Shown here: positions 10,612-21,712 of the stretch, one piece after another
How positions within the stretch are numbered: the stretch's first letter is position 1
How the letters are laid out: the number at the start of each line of letters is the position of its first letter
Made by a program: the position numbers and the translations under genes
The notes under the pieces: model-generated
What the model saw: the letters and a program-made list of their open reading frames with translations, nothing else
Told to the model about the DNA's origin: nothing
Database searches by the model: none
Assembly: GCA_048500355.1 (NCBI GenBank)
Contig: JASNYD010000004.1
Coordinates: 192,001-256,000, forward strand
Source of the DNA: Kofleriaceae bacterium
Lineage (GTDB): Bacteria; Myxococcota_A; Polyangia; Haliangiales; Haliangiaceae
Reading direction: 5' to 3'
Length of the DNA stretch: 64,000 nt

Positions 10612-12129
10612 TCACGCGCCGGACGCGCGGCGCCACGGCGGCGGGATCAGCCGGCGCTTGCCGTCGGCGGCCAGGGCCACCCCCGGCTCGTCGAGCTGCT
10701 CGCGGTCCCACAGCTTGCACGTCACCTGCTTGTGCTGCTGATCGAGGGCCTCGCAGTAGTTCGTGAACTCGCAGCGCCGGATCTCGGTGCCGGCGCCCAT
10801 GCGCAGCTTGAGCCACCAGTCGGGGTCGGCCAGCGACTGGCGGGCCGAGGCCACGAGGTCGCAGTCGCCTTCGACCAGCGCCGCCTCGGCCCGGGTGAAG
10901 TCGCTGATGCCGCCGGCGCCGACCACGGGCGTGGTGTAGCCGGCGTCGCGCACCGCGGTCCGGATCGCGCGGGCCAGCGGCAGGTTGCGGCCGAACGGGC
11001 CGCGGGCGTCGGAGTAGATCGTCGGCATGCACTCGTAGCCCGACGGCCCGGTGTAGGGGTAGACCGCCCAGCCGACCTTGGGCGGCTTCGCGTCCTCGAA
11101 CTTGCCGCCCTTGGACACCGACAGGAAGTCGAGGCCGGCGGCGGCGAAGCGGGCGCCGAACCAGGCGGCGTCCTCGACGCGGTTGCCGCCCTCGATCACG
11201 TCGTCGCCGAGGAAGCGGCAGCCGAGCACGGTGCGCGGCGACAGCGCGGCGCGGGTGGCGGCGATGACCTCGAGCGGCAGGCGCGCCCGCTGCTCGCGCG
11301 CGCCGCCGTAGCCGTCGTCGCGGGTGTTGAGCGCCGACAGGAACGACGCCATCGTGTAGGCGTGGGCGTAGTGGAGCTCGACGCCGTCGAAGCCCGCGGC
11401 CTCGGCGCGCGCCGCCGCCGCCGCGAACAGCCCGGGCAGGACCCGGGGCAGCTCGGCGATGTGCGGCAGGTGGGTGTCGGTGACCCGCTCGCGGTAGCCG
11501 CGCTCGAGATCCTCGCGCTCGCGGGCGTCGAGCACGGTGGCCAGGGTCGCGTCGTCGAGGGCGGCGAGGCGCGCGCGCACCTCGGCCTCGTCGGCGTCGC
11601 GCAGCGCCGGCTCGCCGGCGAGCGCAGCCACGGCCTCGCGGTGGCGAGGCGTGAGGGTCAGGAAGCGGGCCAGGAAGCGATCGCGCGGCGGCCGCCGGCG
11701 GATGGCGAGGAAGTCGATGAGCTGGATGAAGAGCAAGGTCTCGCCGCCCGAGGCCTCGTGCACCGCGGTCGCCAGCTCGCGCAACCCGGGCACGAAGCGA
11801 TCGTGGCCGATGCGCAGCAGCGGCCCCGACGGGACGTCGCGGATGCCGGTGGCCTCGACGACGATCACGCCCGGCCGGCCCTCGGCGAAGCGGCGGTACC
11901 AGGCGATGACGTCGGGCGTGACCTCGCCGCCCTCGGTGGCACGCCACGGCACCATCGCCGGCACCCAGGTGCGGGCGCGCGCGGTGCGAGGCCCGAGCGC
12001 GATCGGCGAGAACAGCCGCGAGGCGGCGGCCTCGGCGGCGGTGGGCCAGGTCGCGTCGGGCAGCGAGTGCTTCTGTCGCTCGGGGGGCTGCCACATCGGC
12101 GGTTTGATACCACGGCGAGGCCGGCTCAT
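10612..12129 (-). CDS. NADH:flavin oxidoreductase (Old Yellow Enzyme family).
   Basis: Track ORF 10612..12330. OYE-like TIM-barrel motifs (GFDGVELHYAHAY, RTDGYGG). The N-terminal Arg/Pro-rich extension is probably spurious; start chosen at an internal ATG. Confidence 0.65.
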   Translation of the reverse strand: MSRPRRGIKPPMWQPPERQKHSLPDATWPTAAEAAASRLFSPIALGPRTARARTWVPAMVPWRATEGGEVTPDVIAWYRRFAEGRPGVIVVEATGIRDVPSGPLLRIGHDRFVPGLRELATAVHEASGGETLLFIQLIDFLAIRRRPPRDRFLARFLTLTPRHREAVAALAGEPALRDADEAEVRARLAALDDATLATVLDAREREDLERGYRERVTDTHLPHIAELPRVLPGLFAAAAARAEAAGFDGVELHYAHAYTMASFLSALNTRDDGYGGAREQRARLPLEVIAATRAALSPRTVLGCRFLGDDVIEGGNRVEDAAWFGARFAAAGLDFLSVSKGGKFEDAKPPKVGWAVYPYTGPSGYECMPTIYSDARGPFGRNLPLARAIRTAVRDAGYTTPVVGAGGISDFTRAEAALVEGDCDLVASARQSLADPDWWLKLRMGAGTEIRRCEFTNYCEALDQQHKQVTCKLWDREQLDEPGVALAADGKRRLIPPPWRRASGA

Positions 12130-12257
12130 CGGTGCGCGCGCGGCGCCGGGCGCGGCGGGCGCGTCCCCGCGCCCCGGGCTGATCGCCGCTGATCGCCGTC
12201 GATCGGCAGGTGGACGATCGCGGTGCGGCGTGGCCGGCCGTGGGCTAGGGTCGGGCA

Positions 12258-12718
12258 TGGCCGACCTCCAGCCGGGCTCGCCCGTCCCCGACGTCACCCT
12301 CCTGGGCCCCGAGGGGCCGGTGAAGCTCACGGACCTCGTGGGCGAGCGCGCCCTCGTCTTCTACTTCTACCCCAAGGACGAGACCCCGGGCTGCACCGCC
12401 GAGGCCTGCTCCTTCCGCGACCAGTACCAGGACTTCCTCGACGCCGGCGCCGACGTCGTCGGCGTCTCGCGCGACTCGGCCGAGTCCCACGAGAAGTTCC
12501 AGCGCCACCACCGCCTGCCCTTCCGCCTGTTCACCGATCCGGGCGGCGCCGCCGCGGCCGCGTTCGGCGTCAAGAAGACCTTCGGCCTCTTCGCCGGACG
12601 GTCGACGTTCGTGATCGACAAGGCCGGCGTCATCCGCATGCGCTTCGACTCCCAGCTCCAGGCCCGCAAGCACGTCGGCGAGGCCCTCGAGATGGTGAAG
12701 AAGCTGGCGACGGCGTAG
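12258..12718 (+). CDS. bcp: Peroxiredoxin (Bcp / thiol peroxidase).
   Basis: C-terminal part of track ORF 11537..12718. Catalytic motif FYFYPKDETPGCTAEAC. Start at ATG 12258 (MADLQPGSPVP). Confidence 0.8.
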
Positions 12719-12770
12719 CCTCCGGCCCCGGCCGGCCCCGGCCGGCCGCCACCCGGCGTACGATCGGGCC

Positions 12771-13964
12771 ATGTCGACGATCGTGCTGTGCGCGTGGCTG
12801 GTGGTGGCGGCGTGGACGCCGGCCGCGGTGCCCGATCCGCGGCCGGGCGGGCTGGTGGTCGATCAGGCCGGCGTGCTCGACCCGACGACGGAGGCCGCGC
12901 TCGACGCCCGGCTGCGCGCGCTGCGCGCCGACCGCGGCGCCGAGGTCGCGCTGGTCGTCCTCGACGACGTCGTGGGCGCGCCCAAGGCCTTCGCCACCGC
13001 CCTCTTCAACCGCTGGCGGCTCGGCGACGCCGCCCGCGACGACGGCGTGCTCGTCCTCATGGTCATGGGCCAGCGCCGCCTCGAGATCGAGACCGGCGAC
13101 GGGATGCAGGCCGCGCTGCCGGCGTGGTGGCTGGCCGACCTCCAGGCCCAGCGCATGGTCCCGGCCTTCAAGCGCGGCGACTTCGCCGGCGGGCTGGGCG
13201 CCGGCATCGCCGGCATCGACGAGCGCCTGCGTGCGCTGCCCGGCGAGGGCGAGCGCGACACCGTCCCCGGCGAGTACCGCTCCGACGGCGAGGTGGTCAC
13301 CCCGCCGGGCCCGACCGGCGCGACCGCGCGCCCGGCCGCCGGCGACCTCGCCCGGCCACCGGCGCCTGCGGACGGCCCCCGCGCCGGCGCGCCGGGGGGC
13401 GACGAGGACGGCGGCCTCGGCGCGCTCGAGGTCGCCGCCGGCGCCGGCCTGCTCGGCCTGCTCGGCGGCGGCGGCGTGGTGGGGCGGCGCGGGATCCGCC
13501 GCCACCGGCGGCGCTGCGCGGCCTGCCAGCGGCAGATGATCGCGCTCGACGAGGTCGCCGACGACGCCCACCTGACCCCCGGCCAGCGCACCGAGGAGCG
13601 CATCGGCAGCGTGGACTACGAGGTGGTGGTGTGCCCGGGCTGCCAGGCGACGCGCGTCCTCCGCCACGGCCGCTGGTTCACGGGCAAGAGCCGGTGCCCG
13701 GGGTGCCGCTACAAGACCCGGACCACGTCGAGCACGACCCTGGTCGAGGCCACCTACGATCACGGCGGGCGGATCGAGGTGACCGAGACCTGCGCCCATT
13801 GCCCTCGCCGCCACCGCTACACGCGCACGACCTCGGCCCTCACCCGCCCTTCGGAGTCCGGATCCTCGAGCTCGTCGTGGTCGAGCTCGTCGTCGTCCTC
13901 GTCCTCGTCGTCCTCGTCGGGCGGCGGCAGCTCCAGCGGCGGCGGCGCCGGCTCGAGCTGGTGA
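12771..13964 (+). CDS. TPM-domain (YgcG/TLP18.3-like) protein with a C-terminal Cys-rich zinc ribbon and a poly-Ser/Gly tail.
   Basis: N-terminal TM/signal. TPM_phosphatase-like core (DQAGVL...ALVVLDDV...RRLEIETG). CAACQ...CPGCQ...CPGC...CAHC cysteine pairs. [22 protein letters not shown] tail. Confidence 0.6.
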   Translation: MSTIVLCAWLVVAAWTPAAVPDPRPGGLVVDQAGVLDPTTEAALDARLRALRADRGAEVALVVLDDVVGAPKAFATALFNRWRLGDAARDDGVLVLMVMGQRRLEIETGDGMQAALPAWWLADLQAQRMVPAFKRGDFAGGLGAGIAGIDERLRALPGEGERDTVPGEYRSDGEVVTPPGPTGATARPAAGDLARPPAPADGPRAGAPGGDEDGGLGALEVAAGAGLLGLLGGGGVVGRRGIRRHRRRCAACQRQMIALDEVADDAHLTPGQRTEERIGSVDYEVVVCPGCQATRVLRHGRWFTGKSRCPGCRYKTRTTSSTTLVEATYDHGGRIEVTETCAHCPRRHRYTRTTSALTRPSESGSSSSSWSSSSSSSSSSSSSGGGSSSGGGAGSSW

Positions 13965-13985
13965 GCGACGGGCGGGGCGGCGGGC

Positions 13986-14594
13986 TCAGGGCGCGGCCGG
14001 CAGCTCGACCCAGACCAGGCCGCGCAGGTCGCCGGCCTGGTAGCCGGTGGCCTCGTCCTGGGGGTAGCGCTCGGCGAGCGCGGCGGTGACGTCGGGCGCG
14101 AGCTGGGCGCCATGGCAGGCCAGGCACATGGGCTGGACGACCAGGGGCTCGGCGTAGGCGGTGCGGCCGTCGGGCAGGCGGCGGGAGAAGCTCGCGCCGG
14201 CGAGGTCACGGCCGTCGGTGACCATCTTCTCGAACCGCGACAGGGCCTCGGCGGTCCAGCCGGCGGCGCGGTTGGCGGGGTTGCGCGGCTTGCGGGTGGC
14301 GCGCCCGACCCTGACGCCGTCGACCGACAGGCCGGCGGCGATGGCCGGCGCCTCGGTGTTGCAGACCGCGATCGCGCCCGGGATCCCGCTGGCCAGCTCG
14401 GCGGTGAGGCGGCCGACGAGCTGCTTCTTCAGCTCGGCGACCACACCGCGCCCCCGCGCCAGGTCCTCACCCGCGGGCGGCGCCACCGGCGCCGCGCGCT
14501 CGCGGCAACCGGCGGCCGCGACCGCGACCAGCGCCGCGAGCAGGCCGAGGCCCGGCCCCCGCCGCCGCGCCACCGTCGCCACCGTCGCCCTCAC
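13986..14594 (-). CDS. DUF3365 (Tll0287-like) lipoprotein, translationally coupled to pntB.
   Basis: Hallmark [17 protein letters not shown] motif. Lipobox [13 protein letters not shown]. The GTG start overlaps the pntB TGA stop (GTGA). The long Arg-rich N-terminus of track ORF 13986..15398 is judged spurious. Confidence 0.55.
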   Translation of the reverse strand: MRATVATVARRRGPGLGLLAALVAVAAAGCRERAAPVAPPAGEDLARGRGVVAELKKQLVGRLTAELASGIPGAIAVCNTEAPAIAAGLSVDGVRVGRATRKPRNPANRAAGWTAEALSRFEKMVTDGRDLAGASFSRRLPDGRTAYAEPLVVQPMCLACHGAQLAPDVTAALAERYPQDEATGYQAGDLRGLVWVELPAAP

Positions 14595-16006
14595 GCCGCA
14601 CGCAGCGCGGCGACGACCTTCTCGACCGCGTCCTTGGCGTCGCCGAACAGCATGCGCGTCACCGGCTTGTAGAACAGCGGGTTGTCGACGCCGGCGTAGC
14701 CAGCGGCGCGCGAGCGCTTGTTGACCACCACCAGCTTGGACTTCCACACCTGCAGGACCGGCATGCCGTAGATCGGCGAGCCCGGATCGTCCTCGGCGCC
14801 GGGGTTGACGATGTCGTTGGCACCGATCACGATCACCGCGTCGGTGTCGGGCAGATCGGCGTTGATCTCGTCCATCTCGAGCACGATGTCGTACGGCACC
14901 GAGGCCTCGGCCAGGAGCACGTTCATGTGCCCGGGCAGGCGCCCCGCCACCGGGTGGATCGCGAAGCGGACGTTGACGCCGCGCGTGCGCAGGAGCTCGG
15001 TCAGCTCGCGCACCGCGTGCTGGGCCCGCGCCACCGCCATGCCGTAACCGGGGACGATCACGACCTGCTTGGCCTCGATCAGCTTGCCGGCCAGGGTCGC
15101 GTGGTCGATGTCGGCGACCTCGCCCGCCGGCTGGGCCCCGGGCGCGCCCTTGGGCGCCTCGGCGCCGAAGCCGCCGAAGATGACGTTCCAGATCGAGCGG
15201 TTCATCGCCCGGCACATGATGTAGCTGAGGATCGCGCCCGAGCTGCCGACCAGCGCGCCGGTGATGATGAGCAGGTCGTTGCCGAGCATGAAGCCGGCCG
15301 CCGACGCGGTCCACCCCGAGTAGCTGTTGAGCATCGAGACCACGACCGGCATGTCGGCGCCGCCGATCGCCGCGACCAGGTGGACGCCGAGCACGCACGC
15401 CACCGCGGTGCCGCCGGCCAGGGCCCAGGTCTGGCCGCCGCGGGCGTAGAGCACGGCGAAGACGATGATCGCCGCCAGCATGCCGAGGTTGAGCCAGTGG
15501 CGCGCCGGCAGGAGCGTGGGCCGCCCCGACACCGAGCCGCGCAGCTTGAGGAAGGCCAGCACCGAGCCGGTCAGCGTGATCGCGCCGATGACGACATCGA
15601 TGTAGACCTCGATCAGCATCTTGAGCGGCAGGTTCGCGCCGCTGGCGGCCTCGGCCAGGCCGGCGTGCTTGGCGGCGGCGAGCTGGATCGAGTAGCCGAC
15701 CAGGACCGCGGCCATGCCGACGAAGCTGTGCAGGAGCGCGACCAGCTCCGGCATCTGGGTCATGCCGACCCGCGCCGCCATCACGCCGCCGATGGCGGCG
15801 CCGATGCCGATCGAGGCGATCAGCCAGGCGCTCGGGTCGGGGCCCTTGATGCTGAGCGTGGCGACGATGGCGATGGCCATGCCGATGATGCCGTAGACGT
15901 TGCCGCGGCGCGCGGTCTCCTGGCTGGACAGCCCGCGCAGGGACAGGATGAACAGGACCGCGGCGACGAGGTAGGCGAGGACGGCGAGGGAGTCTGCGAG
16001 CGACAT
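14591..16006 (-). CDS. pntB: NAD(P) transhydrogenase subunit beta.
   Basis: Full-length match to the PntB architecture: N-terminal membrane helices plus a C-terminal NADP(H)-binding domain ([19 protein letters not shown]). Confidence 0.9.
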   Translation of the reverse strand: MSLADSLAVLAYLVAAVLFILSLRGLSSQETARRGNVYGIIGMAIAIVATLSIKGPDPSAWLIASIGIGAAIGGVMAARVGMTQMPELVALLHSFVGMAAVLVGYSIQLAAAKHAGLAEAASGANLPLKMLIEVYIDVVIGAITLTGSVLAFLKLRGSVSGRPTLLPARHWLNLGMLAAIIVFAVLYARGGQTWALAGGTAVACVLGVHLVAAIGGADMPVVVSMLNSYSGWTASAAGFMLGNDLLIITGALVGSSGAILSYIMCRAMNRSIWNVIFGGFGAEAPKGAPGAQPAGEVADIDHATLAGKLIEAKQVVIVPGYGMAVARAQHAVRELTELLRTRGVNVRFAIHPVAGRLPGHMNVLLAEASVPYDIVLEMDEINADLPDTDAVIVIGANDIVNPGAEDDPGSPIYGMPVLQVWKSKLVVVNKRSRAAGYAGVDNPLFYKPVTRMLFGDAKDAVEKVVAALRAA

Positions 16007-16010
16007 CGGC

Positions 16011-17627
16011 CTACTTCCTGAACATCGCGAGCATGCGGCGGGTCACCAGGAACCCGCCCGCGATGTTGATCGTGGCGAACAGGGTGGCGGCGACCGCGAC
16101 CACGACCGAGGCGTCGAGGTCGGCCTGCCGCGCCCCCAGGATGCCGCCGACGACGATGATGCCGCTGATGGCGTTGGTCACGCTCATGAGCGGGGTGTGG
16201 AGGGCCGGGGTGACGTTCCACACCACCTGCCAGCCGACGAACACCGCCAGCACGAACACCGTGAGGTGCTGGAGCAGGGCGGCGGTGTCGGCGCCGACCG
16301 TGGCGTCGGCCTTGCCGAAGCGCAGGCCCATCCACGCCAGGGCGGCGACGATGCCGACGAGCGACATGACCATGGCCGCGGTCTTCGACGGCGGCGCCGG
16401 TGGCGCGCCGTGGCCGTGGCCGCGGCCCTTGACCACCGCCGGCTCGTGGGCCGGCTTGGGCTCGACCCGCGGCGCGGGCGCGGGCGCGGCCGGCCTGGGC
16501 TCGACCCTGGGCGGCGGCGGCGGCCAGGTCTTCTCGCCGCCGTGGGCGACCAGGGCGCCGCGCACGATGTCGTTGCCCTGGTCGACCTTGAAGCCGGCGG
16601 CGCCGCCCATCTCGTCGAGCAGGTGCCACAGGTTGGTGCCGTACAGCTCGCTCGACACGTTGGCCATGCGGCTGGGGAAGTCGGTGTAGCCGACGACCGT
16701 GACCCCGCCCGGCGACACGATCTCCTGGCCGGGCTGGGTCAGCTCGCAGTTGCCGCCCTGCTCGGCGGCGAGGTCGATCACCACCGAGCCCGGCTTCATG
16801 GCCGCGACCATGTCGGCCAGCCACAGCTTGGGCGCCGGCTTGCCCGGGATGAGCGCGGTGGTGATGACGATGTTCACCTCCTTCGCCTGGGCCCGGAACA
16901 GCGCCATCTCGGCGTCGATGAACTCCTTGCTCATCTCCTTGGCGTAGCCGCCCTGCCCTTCGCCCGACTCCTCGATCTCGACGGTGAGGAACTCGGCGCC
17001 CAGCGAGCGGATCTGGTCGGCGACCGAGGGCCGGACGTCGAAGGCGCGGACGATGGCGCCCAGGCCCTTGGCGGCGCCGATCGCGGCGAGGCCGGCGACG
17101 CCGGCGCCGATGATGAGCACCCGGGCCGGCGCGACCTTGCCGGCCGCGGTCATCTGGCCGGTGAAGAAGCTGCCGAAGCGGTTGGCGGCCTCCACGACGG
17201 CGCGGTAGCCGGAGATGTTGGCCATCGACGACAGCGCGTCGACCTTCTGCGCCCGGCTGATGCGCGGGATGCAGTCCATGGCCAGGACGGTGGCGCCGCG
17301 ATCGCGCAGGGCCTCGACCAGCTCCGGGTGCTGCGCCGGGAACAGGAACGAGATGACGGTCTGGCCGGCGCGGGCCAGCGCCGCCTCGTCCAGGGTCGGC
17401 GGCCGCACCTTGAGCAGGACGTCGGCGTCGCGCCAGACCTCGGCCGCGGTGGCGGCGAGGCTCGCGCCGGCGTCGGCGTAGGCCTGGTCCGGGTAGCTGG
17501 CGCCATCGCCGGCGCTGCGCTCGACCACCACCTCCCACCCGGCCTTGATCCAGCGGGCGACGGTGGTCGGCGACGCAGCGACACGGCGCTCGTCGGGGCG
17601 GGTCTCCTTGACGATGCCTAACTTCAT
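16011..17627 (-). CDS. pntA: NAD(P) transhydrogenase subunit alpha (fused alpha1/alpha2).
   Basis: C-terminal 538 aa of track ORF 16011..18641, starting at [15 protein letters not shown]. Rossmann GAGVAGL motif. C-terminal membrane helices. Confidence 0.85.
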   Translation of the reverse strand: MKLGIVKETRPDERRVAASPTTVARWIKAGWEVVVERSAGDGASYPDQAYADAGASLAATAAEVWRDADVLLKVRPPTLDEAALARAGQTVISFLFPAQHPELVEALRDRGATVLAMDCIPRISRAQKVDALSSMANISGYRAVVEAANRFGSFFTGQMTAAGKVAPARVLIIGAGVAGLAAIGAAKGLGAIVRAFDVRPSVADQIRSLGAEFLTVEIEESGEGQGGYAKEMSKEFIDAEMALFRAQAKEVNIVITTALIPGKPAPKLWLADMVAAMKPGSVVIDLAAEQGGNCELTQPGQEIVSPGGVTVVGYTDFPSRMANVSSELYGTNLWHLLDEMGGAAGFKVDQGNDIVRGALVAHGGEKTWPPPPPRVEPRPAAPAPAPRVEPKPAHEPAVVKGRGHGHGAPPAPPSKTAAMVMSLVGIVAALAWMGLRFGKADATVGADTAALLQHLTVFVLAVFVGWQVVWNVTPALHTPLMSVTNAISGIIVVGGILGARQADLDASVVVAVAATLFATINIAGGFLVTRRMLAMFRK

Positions 17628-17672
17628 CGCTTTGGGGGCCGACGATGCCCGCAGCCGGTCCGTCACGCAAGG

Positions 17673-18953
17673 GTGTGCGGTGCTACGTTTCGGCGCAGGA
17701 TGCCGGGGACCGCGCCCGAAGCCGCGTCGTTGGAGCCCGCGCGCGCCGCGCGCCGGCGGCGCGACCGCCCGGGGTGCGCGGGCGTCGCCGGGCTGGTCCT
17801 GGCGGCGCTGGGGGCATGCGCCGCCCCACCGCCCGCGTCGACCGCCACGCCGGCGAACCGCCCGGCGACGGAGGCCGCGGCCGCGCGCTCGATCCGGGCG
17901 CTGCTCGCCGAGAACCTCCCGACCGGGTCCACGCGTCGCGCCCGCCTCGCCCGCTTCGACCGGGTCTTCCTCGTCGACGGCGCGCCGGAGGTCGCCGGCC
18001 GCGACGCGAGGGGGCCGCTGGATCGCAGCGAGCATGTCGTGGTCGACGAAGGGGGGGACCGGATCCGGCTGCGGGTCGAGGACGAGGTGGCGCGCGTCCT
18101 GGTCTGGGTCGAGCGCGAGCAGCTCCGACCCGCGGTAGGGCGCGACCTCGACGCTGGCGGTCACGACCGCACGATCGCGTCCGGCGCCGCCATCCACCTG
18201 CGCGCCGGCGCGCTGGTCGCCCGGCTCGGCGGTCACGGTCCGGCCGGGGTCCAGGTCCGGATCGACGACCTGTGGTTGGTCGCGCACGCCTCGGTCCCGG
18301 CGGACGCCCTGGGCGAGACCTGGCGCGCCGCGCCTGCGGACGACGAGCCAGCGGCGCGACCGCGCGCGCCGGGCGCGGTCAGCGGCGGCGCCACCGTCCG
18401 CGATCGGCCGTCGCCGCTCGGCCAGGTGCTGGGCACCGTCGAGCGCCGCCTGGCCGTCACCTCCCACGCTCCCGCCGTCACGCCCGGGTGGCACCTGGTC
18501 ACGCTCGAGACCCAGTACGTGACCCTCACCGGCTACGTCCTCGATCGCGACTGGATGCCGGGCGGCAGCCTCGTGGTCAGCTCCAGCATCGAGGTCGTAC
18601 GTGGCCCGGGCGTCACGCTCGACGCCGGGACCCACCTCCACGCCGGCGTCGAGGGCCCGGTGGTCGGCGTCCTGCTCGTGCCGCAGACGGACGGCGAGCT
18701 CGTCCGTCCCGGCTGGGCGCGCTGGATCTGGCCGTCGCCGTGGGGCCCCATCGAGCTCTGGGGACGGTGCGCGCGCTGTCGGCTCGCGCTCAGACCGCCG
18801 CCGCCCAGGCCTCGAGGTCGAGGTCGAAGCTCCAGCGACCGCGGCGGGTGGGCTCGTCGAGGGCGCGGGCGAGACGCGCGAGGAACTCGCGGCGCGGGAT
18901 CTCGTAGGCGCCCAGGCGCTCGAGGTGCTCGGTGTGGACCTGGCAGTCGATGA
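17673..18953 (+). CDS. Hypothetical lipoprotein.
   Basis: Lipobox LVLAALGAC. The middle region looks protein-like. The 3' 160 nt overlap the convergent aat gene and encode an Arg-rich tail, so the true 3' end is uncertain. Confidence 0.35.
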   Translation: MCGATFRRRMPGTAPEAASLEPARAARRRRDRPGCAGVAGLVLAALGACAAPPPASTATPANRPATEAAAARSIRALLAENLPTGSTRRARLARFDRVFLVDGAPEVAGRDARGPLDRSEHVVVDEGGDRIRLRVEDEVARVLVWVEREQLRPAVGRDLDAGGHDRTIASGAAIHLRAGALVARLGGHGPAGVQVRIDDLWLVAHASVPADALGETWRAAPADDEPAARPRAPGAVSGGATVRDRPSPLGQVLGTVERRLAVTSHAPAVTPGWHLVTLETQYVTLTGYVLDRDWMPGGSLVVSSSIEVVRGPGVTLDAGTHLHAGVEGPVVGVLLVPQTDGELVRPGWARWIWPSPWGPIELWGRCARCRLALRPPPPRPRGRGRSSSDRGGWARRGRGRDARGTRGAGSRRRPGARGARCGPGSR

Positions 18954-19500
18954 GGGTGATGCCCCAGGCGTCGAGCTGCGCCACCGAGGCAGCGAACGCG
19001 ATCTTGGAGGCGTCGGGGGCGTGCGCGAACATCGACTCGCCGAAGAAGCACGCGCCCAGCGACACGCCGTAGAGGCCGCCGACCAGCCGCTCGCCCTGCC
19101 AGGCCTCGAACGAGTGGGCGAAGCCGAGCTCGTGCAGGCGCCCGTACGCGGCCAGCATGTCGGGCACCAGCCAGGTGCCGTCCTGGCCCGGGCGCGGGGT
19201 CTCGGCGCACGCCGCCAGCACCTCGGTGAACGCGGTGTCGATCGTGAGCCGGTACGGCCGGCGGCGGATCGCCTTGCGCAGCGAGCGGTTGATGACCAGG
19301 TCGCGCGTGGTCATGACCATGCGCGGATCCGGCGAGTGCCACAGGATGGGCAGCTTGGGCCCGTACCAGGGGAAGATGCCCTGGCTGTAGCCGAGGAGCA
19401 GGCGCTGGGGCGTGAGGTCGCCGCCGACGGCGAGCAGGCCGTCCTCGGCCAGCTCCACCGACGGGAACACCAGGCGCTTGTCGAGCCGGAAGACCGGCAT
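18790..19500 (-). CDS. aat: Leucyl/phenylalanyl-tRNA--protein transferase.
   Basis: Full-length Aat-like sequence (GIFPWY, WHSPDPR, GESMF motifs). Confidence 0.85.
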   Translation of the reverse strand: MPVFRLDKRLVFPSVELAEDGLLAVGGDLTPQRLLLGYSQGIFPWYGPKLPILWHSPDPRMVMTTRDLVINRSLRKAIRRRPYRLTIDTAFTEVLAACAETPRPGQDGTWLVPDMLAAYGRLHELGFAHSFEAWQGERLVGGLYGVSLGACFFGESMFAHAPDASKIAFAASVAQLDAWGITLIDCQVHTEHLERLGAYEIPRREFLARLARALDEPTRRGRWSFDLDLEAWAAAV

Positions 19501-19796
19501 GGGTCGGCATCATTCTACCCGACCGCCGCGTCGCCGCCGGCGCGTGGTGCCGGGAGGCGTGCGGGATCACGCGCGCGCGGGACGGGCGCTGGCCACCGCC
19601 GGGGTGGCCCTCGCGCTCGCGATCGGGCTCCGCGCCGAGCGCCTGGCCGGCGACGCCGGGGCGGGGGGCGGGTCCTCGTCGTCGACGCGCCGGCGCTCGC
19701 CGCCTGCGCGCCCCTCGCGATCCGCGTGCCCGACGATCGCGCCGCCGAGGCGGCCGCGGCGGTGGCGCGCGACGGCGACGCGAGCTGACGCCGCGA

Positions 19797-21053
19797 TCAG
19801 GCCACCGCGCGGCGGACCAGCGCCTGCAGCTCGCGCTCGATCGCCGTCATCGTCGCGCGCGCCGGCGGCGCGACGAAGCCGAGCTCCACCTCCTGGCGGT
19901 CGACGCCGTCGACCTCGACCTCGACGGCGATCCGGCACGGCCGCGGCGCGCCCGGGCGATCGCCGAGCTGATCGACGAGCCCGTCGGGCGCCAGGATGCG
20001 GCGGTGGAACACGGCGGCGCCCGCCCGCGGGCCGAGCCCCCAGGCGCCGCCGTGGGCCTCGACCAGCGCCGGCACGCCGCTGGCGATCGCGTCGTGGAGC
20101 GCGTCGGCCTTGCCGCGCATCGTGACGACCTCGCGCCGCGGTTCGTCGTCGTACAGCTCGGTGCCGTGCGCGCTCGGCGCCTGGAGCTGCCACCGCCAGC
20201 ACGCGCCCTCGGCCGCCAGCGGCCGGCGGTGCGGCACCGGGCGCAGCCACAGGTCGACGTTGCGCAGCCTGCCGCCGTAGCGTCGCCGCCGCACCGGCTG
20301 CGCGCCGTCCACGAGGCCGGCGGTGCGCGCCGCGTCGACCCACCGCGACACCGCCTGCCCGCTCGACTCCCAGGCCAGCGTGCGCCCGAGCGCGCAGCCC
20401 TCGCCGTCGACCTGGGCGTACAGCGTGTGATCGAAGCCGGCGCGGGCCGGGACGGTGCCGTCGTGGACGTGCACCGTCGGGAAGAAGAGCGCGTCGGGCT
20501 CGCGCGACGGGAACGTGAGCGCCATCGGATGGATGGCCTGGGCCCGCGACGCCGCCGACGACCACGGCCACCACCAGCGGCGCGGCCGCCCGTGCCCGGG
20601 CGCGAGCTGGAACACCGCGAAGCTCCAGTCGTCGTACGCGGGCCGAGCCTCGAACAGGACCGGCGGCAAGCGGAAGCGCGGATCGAGGCGCGCGAAGTCG
20701 GTCCGCGCCGGCACGAACGACGCCTCGAACGAGCCGACCTGGTGGACCGCCAGCGTCGGCCCGCCGCCGCGGCTGGCCGCGAGCATCGGCCCACGCGACG
20801 CCTGCGGCTCCGGGAACGCGCGCGCCAGGTCCGCGAACAGCCGCGGGTACGGCGACAGGTCGACGAACCCGACCGCGTCCTCGGCGACCGCGCCGCCGGC
20901 GCCGCGCACCACCGGCAGCGGCAGCACCATCGCCACGGCCTCGTCGAGCTCGACGTTCATGGCGTAGGCGAGCGCCTGACGCCCGCCGCCGGCGTGGCGG
21001 GCGAAGATCTGGGTGCCGCTCACCCCGGCCACCGTCCGCGAGAAGCAGCACAT
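19797..21053 (-). CDS. Hypothetical protein.
   Basis: Track ORF 19797..21197. Start taken at an internal ATG (MCCFSRTVAGVSG...). Amino-acid composition looks protein-like. No family assignment. Confidence 0.4.
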   Translation of the reverse strand: MCCFSRTVAGVSGTQIFARHAGGGRQALAYAMNVELDEAVAMVLPLPVVRGAGGAVAEDAVGFVDLSPYPRLFADLARAFPEPQASRGPMLAASRGGGPTLAVHQVGSFEASFVPARTDFARLDPRFRLPPVLFEARPAYDDWSFAVFQLAPGHGRPRRWWWPWSSAASRAQAIHPMALTFPSREPDALFFPTVHVHDGTVPARAGFDHTLYAQVDGEGCALGRTLAWESSGQAVSRWVDAARTAGLVDGAQPVRRRRYGGRLRNVDLWLRPVPHRRPLAAEGACWRWQLQAPSAHGTELYDDEPRREVVTMRGKADALHDAIASGVPALVEAHGGAWGLGPRAGAAVFHRRILAPDGLVDQLGDRPGAPRPCRIAVEVEVDGVDRQEVELGFVAPPARATMTAIERELQALVRRAVA

Positions 21054-21218
21054 GGCGCGATCATGCCACGGCGCGCGACGGCCACGGCGCGCGACGGCCA
21101 CGGCGCGCGGACGCGATGGGCGTGGACCGCGGCGCGCGGCGCGGCGCGCGGGCGCGGCGCGCGGCCACGGCGCGCGTGCGCGGCGCGCGGCGATCACGGG
21201 ACGCGCGCGCGTCGCCGG

Positions 21219-21590
21219 CTACGGTCGCTTCATCAGGGCGGCGATGAGCGCCATCGCGTGAGCCCGCGGCGCGGTCAGCCGCAGCGCGCCCGGGATGACG
21301 ATCGACACCTCGTCGCCCAGGTGCTCGACGGTCAGCGCGACCGGGCCGAACTCCACCTTCATCACCACGCCACGGCTGGCCGGGACCTCCGGCGATCGCA
21401 GCGCGACCTGGCTGCCCTGCGCCAGCTCCAGCGGCGGCGGCTCGGGCTCGGGCGGCGCCTGGAGCGGCAGCGGCCGGACCTGCGCCGCCCGCGACGCCAG
21501 CGCCGCCTCCCGCGCGGCCTCCACCTGCGCGCGGGTCACGCGCGGCTGCGGCTTGCGCGTGATGCTGTAGCGGGTGTCGTCGTCGGCCAC
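21219..21590 (-). CDS. Small hypothetical protein.
   Basis: 123-aa ORF with balanced composition and a Pro/Glu-rich linker. No family assignment. Confidence 0.3.
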   Translation of the reverse strand: MADDDTRYSITRKPQPRVTRAQVEAAREAALASRAAQVRPLPLQAPPEPEPPPLELAQGSQVALRSPEVPASRGVVMKVEFGPVALTVEHLGDEVSIVIPGALRLTAPRAHAMALIAALMKRP

Positions 21591-21712
21591 GGCACCTGGA
21601 ATGGTACGGGATCCAGGCGACCGATCGCCATCATCCCGTTCGGGCTAGGCCGGCTTCGCAGTGGCCCGCCCTCCGGAGCGACCGCACCGCGTCTGATCTC
21701 CACGGCTTGCAC

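Noticed and set aside
9136-12192. A 1018-aa plus-strand ORF spanning the lipoprotein and oxidoreductase genes.
   Set aside because: It is a GC artefact: an almost pure Arg/Gly/Ala/Pro translation that overlaps two well-supported genes on both strands.
12788-14089. A 433-aa plus-strand ORF and 12630..13814 / 12863..13603 minus-strand ORFs overlapping the TPM-domain gene.
   Set aside because: These are alternate-frame Arg-rich translations. The TPM-domain frame has recognisable motifs and a signal/TM segment.
16033-19570. Multiple long ORFs antisense to or out of frame with pntA and aat (16197..17621, 17645..18907, 18533..19570, 18601..19788).
   Set aside because: They have no motifs, extreme composition and overlap confidently assigned genes.
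19567-21051. A 494-aa minus-strand ORF in a different frame from the 19797..21053 gene, and 20004..22100 plus-strand ORF.
   Set aside because: These are Arg/Gly-dominated alternate frames. The chosen frame has a balanced hydrophobic/charged composition.
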